From positions 13,640,001 through 13,704,000 of the forward strand of contig JANJGN010000038.1 of NCBI GenBank assembly GCA_026770705.1: a stretch of DNA of 64,000 nt. Reading direction: 5' to 3'. This DNA comes from Isurus oxyrinchus. Lineage: Eukaryota. Both the position numbers and the translations under genes were made by a program. This document shows positions 61,459-64,000 of the stretch, piece after piece (positions within the stretch are counted from its first letter, which is position 1; the number at the start of each line of letters is the position of its first letter). The notes below the pieces were generated by a model that had not been told where the DNA came from, searched no databases, and saw only the letters and a list, made by a program, of their open reading frames with translations.

Positions 61459-62779
61459 CCCTTGTTACCTTTTTGTCTTTGCATTCAAAGTCAAGGCCCG
61501 TATGTGTCTTTTTTGCAGCCTTCTCAAATCCGCCTGCCAATTTCGGAAATTTGTTCGCACATACCCTCCAGTCTGTCCCTTCAAGGGATTACCTGGCTAT
61601 TTGATTTGTTAATTTATTTAATTTGTATTAATTTAATTCCCTTTAATTTGCTTTATTGGCTAATTGTTCCAATCAAGAAAATATACCATCCTGCCTTAAA
61701 ATAACCATTTACCACAACTACCTGCTTGCAGTCCCCCAACCAATATCCACGCTGCCATGGGATTCACTTTTGAAACAAATTAATTCTTAATTCTCAGTAA
61801 CAGTGTTTGTAGAGATTGGATGACAATGGAGAAAATCAATTCTGTCTCTCACTGAACGCTAAGAGGTGTAGAGTTGTTTGTAGAGGATTACTCCTGTTCT
61901 GTAATGTGCCAGATAGTACTTCTGCTTTAATGAAAGATATTGCGATAGCAAAACGACGTTTTCCCCAATATATTTGCAATAGAGAGTAGAGTTCTTCACT
62001 TCAGGCAGCGACTGAGGTGGATATTAATGCACCTTTCAATCCATTTTTAAACAAAGTAATATGAGGAGACTGAGCAGTACTCGGGGTCACTTTACTTTTC
62101 TCCAGGAGAGCGCGCACACGATGGGCCAAAAAAATTCCCTCCTTTTGTAAACGTGTTTGTTTATATCATTTGACCAATCGAATTACATTTCTTCCCCTGG
62201 ACCTGATAGTTCGGTTAGTTTTGCAGATTAACGTGGTATTTACATTATTATTTGACAAACTACAACAAAAAAACAATCAAACTATATGTTTTTTTGCAAG
62301 TGTGGTTTGTCTGCCATCCCGATCAGTTGTAAAAGATATAAGTCAGTAAAATCAACTTGCTAACACTCTAGCTGCACTCAGGAAAGCTGCAAATACACAA
62401 ACACGACAGATCTGCCTGGGCATGTGAGCTTACTGAGGCGGCAGCCGCATAACTGGTTCAGCGCTAAAAGCTGAGCTTGATGCTGACAGTGAATGAAAAC
62501 TAACACATTATTGCGTTCATTTCTAACACTCTGGGCAAAAAAACGACTCAGGTTATTTTCAGAAGTAATTCTTAGGGGCACTGCTGCTGTAAAAATAAAG
62601 CACAAGGAAATGGCCAACTTTCAAATCATTTATGAAAAATTTCAAGTGGGAAGCATACATACTATTCACGTTCACTCAAAACCAAACAGGGTGATTCCAA
62701 TTTCCACACCTAACTTTTACGAATAAAAGACATCTCGAGGAATACGACAAGCAAACACAAGACAGACTCTTAAAAGAGC

Positions 62780-64000
62780 AATGAATGTTATTAACTTTAC
62801 ATGTAATAATCGGTTAATGCCCTTGGAATGTAAGGAATATGTCACAATGAATGATTATTATTCATTTCATCTGTGATACCTTACAACACTGAGATATTTC
62901 CCATTCAGTGTGAAGTACATCAGAAAAGATGATAATTTACTATTCGTTTGACGTGAGGGGTAATAAAGCGACAAGAAATTATTAGCTTCTTATAGTAATG
63001 GATTATTGTTCATTAATGTGAGGGGTGTTACAGATATATAACTAAATCATGTTATGTGAGCTGTACTCCAGCAATGGAATGTTGTTAAATAAAGTGTGCT
63101 ATAATACAGAAATGGGTTATTATTCACTTAATATGATGCACCTGAAACTAATGGACTAATGCTCAAGTACTTTGAGATATACAACAGCAATGCGTCAGTG
63201 TTCATTTAATTTGGAGGATATTTCAATCGTAGAGTTTTGCTTGTTTAACGCAAGGGATATCAAATATATACATTACTTTTCATTTCATATGACATATATT
63301 ACAAAAATTGATTATTTTCAGTTATTATAAGGGATATTTGAGCAATAGATCAGTGTGCATTTAATATGCTGCATATTGAAGAAATGAAGTAATGTCCATT
63401 ACATTTCAGGGATATTACAGTGATTGCTCCTTTGGAGTGAGTTTATTAAAGGAATAGATTATTCAGTTCAGGTAAGGGGTATCACAGCACTAGATTTTTG
63501 TTCGTTTCATGCATTGCAGCAATGAATCAGGATTACTTTAAAGCCTTGTACATTATGGCAAGGAATTAGTATTCGTTTAATTTGGGGAATATTACAGGAG
63601 TGGATTATTGATCAATTAATGTAAGCTGCCTCGGAGCAATGGATTATTCATCATTTAAAATGAGTTATATTGCAGCAATGCATTATTGTTTTTAATGTGA
63701 GGGATACTACAACACTGGATTATTTTTCCTTTACTGTCTGATATGTGACAACAATTGATTAGTATTAATTGCATGTCAAGATTATGGCAGAAATGGATTA
63801 TTGAATATTTGTCGTGAGTTATATTAAATATAAAGATTATTATTCATTGAATTGTGACTCTGCAGTAATGGCATGCATTTTCATTTAATATATGAGTATT
63901 GCAGCAGTGCAACATTGTTCCTCTAAAGTGAGACATATCAGAGCAATAGATTATTGTTCATTTCTTGTGAGTTACAGAGTTACAATGAATTACCGTTCAT
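62780..64000 (+). repeat. Degenerate AT-rich ~40 bp tandem repeat (GCAATGGATTATTGTTCATTAATGTGAGGGATATTACA), running off the window end
   Basis: Motifs GCAATG.ATTATTGTTCAT and TGTGAG..ATATTACA recur at ~40 bp spacing. Confidence 0.75.

Overview
Repeat-rich vertebrate genomic DNA, almost certainly from a cartilaginous fish (shark/ray), judged from the repeat families, the GPR139-like genes and the light-chain type. There are three host genes. (1) An intact two-exon GPR139-like class A GPCR on the minus strand (exon 1 18257-18161, exon 2 4755-3854, ~332 aa). (2) A divergently oriented, disabled paralogue on the plus strand (exon 1 34653-34722, exon 2 38032-38941). (3) A germline-joined leader-VJ-C immunoglobulin light-chain-like gene on the minus strand (60594-56170). 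It resembles type I/sigma-cart, has an octamer/CCAAT/TATA promoter and no RSS, and carries a small frameshifting deletion in the C exon. The rest is a decayed tRNA cluster (Leu, Ser, Glu), many CR1-type LINE copies (one near full length, with ORF1 esterase and 5' tandem repeats), a second APE-RT LINE family with its SINE, a Gmr1-like Gypsy relic, a ~7.8 kb GATTCA-based satellite, and a young near-complete Penelope-like element (RT + GIY-YIG). The terminal repeats of that element carry minimal hammerhead-ribozyme motifs with a non-canonical core. Near-identical Penelope 3' ends bracket the Ig-like gene. There is one 160-N assembly gap (19486-19645). Most short ORFs in the track are antisense or TE-derived noise.
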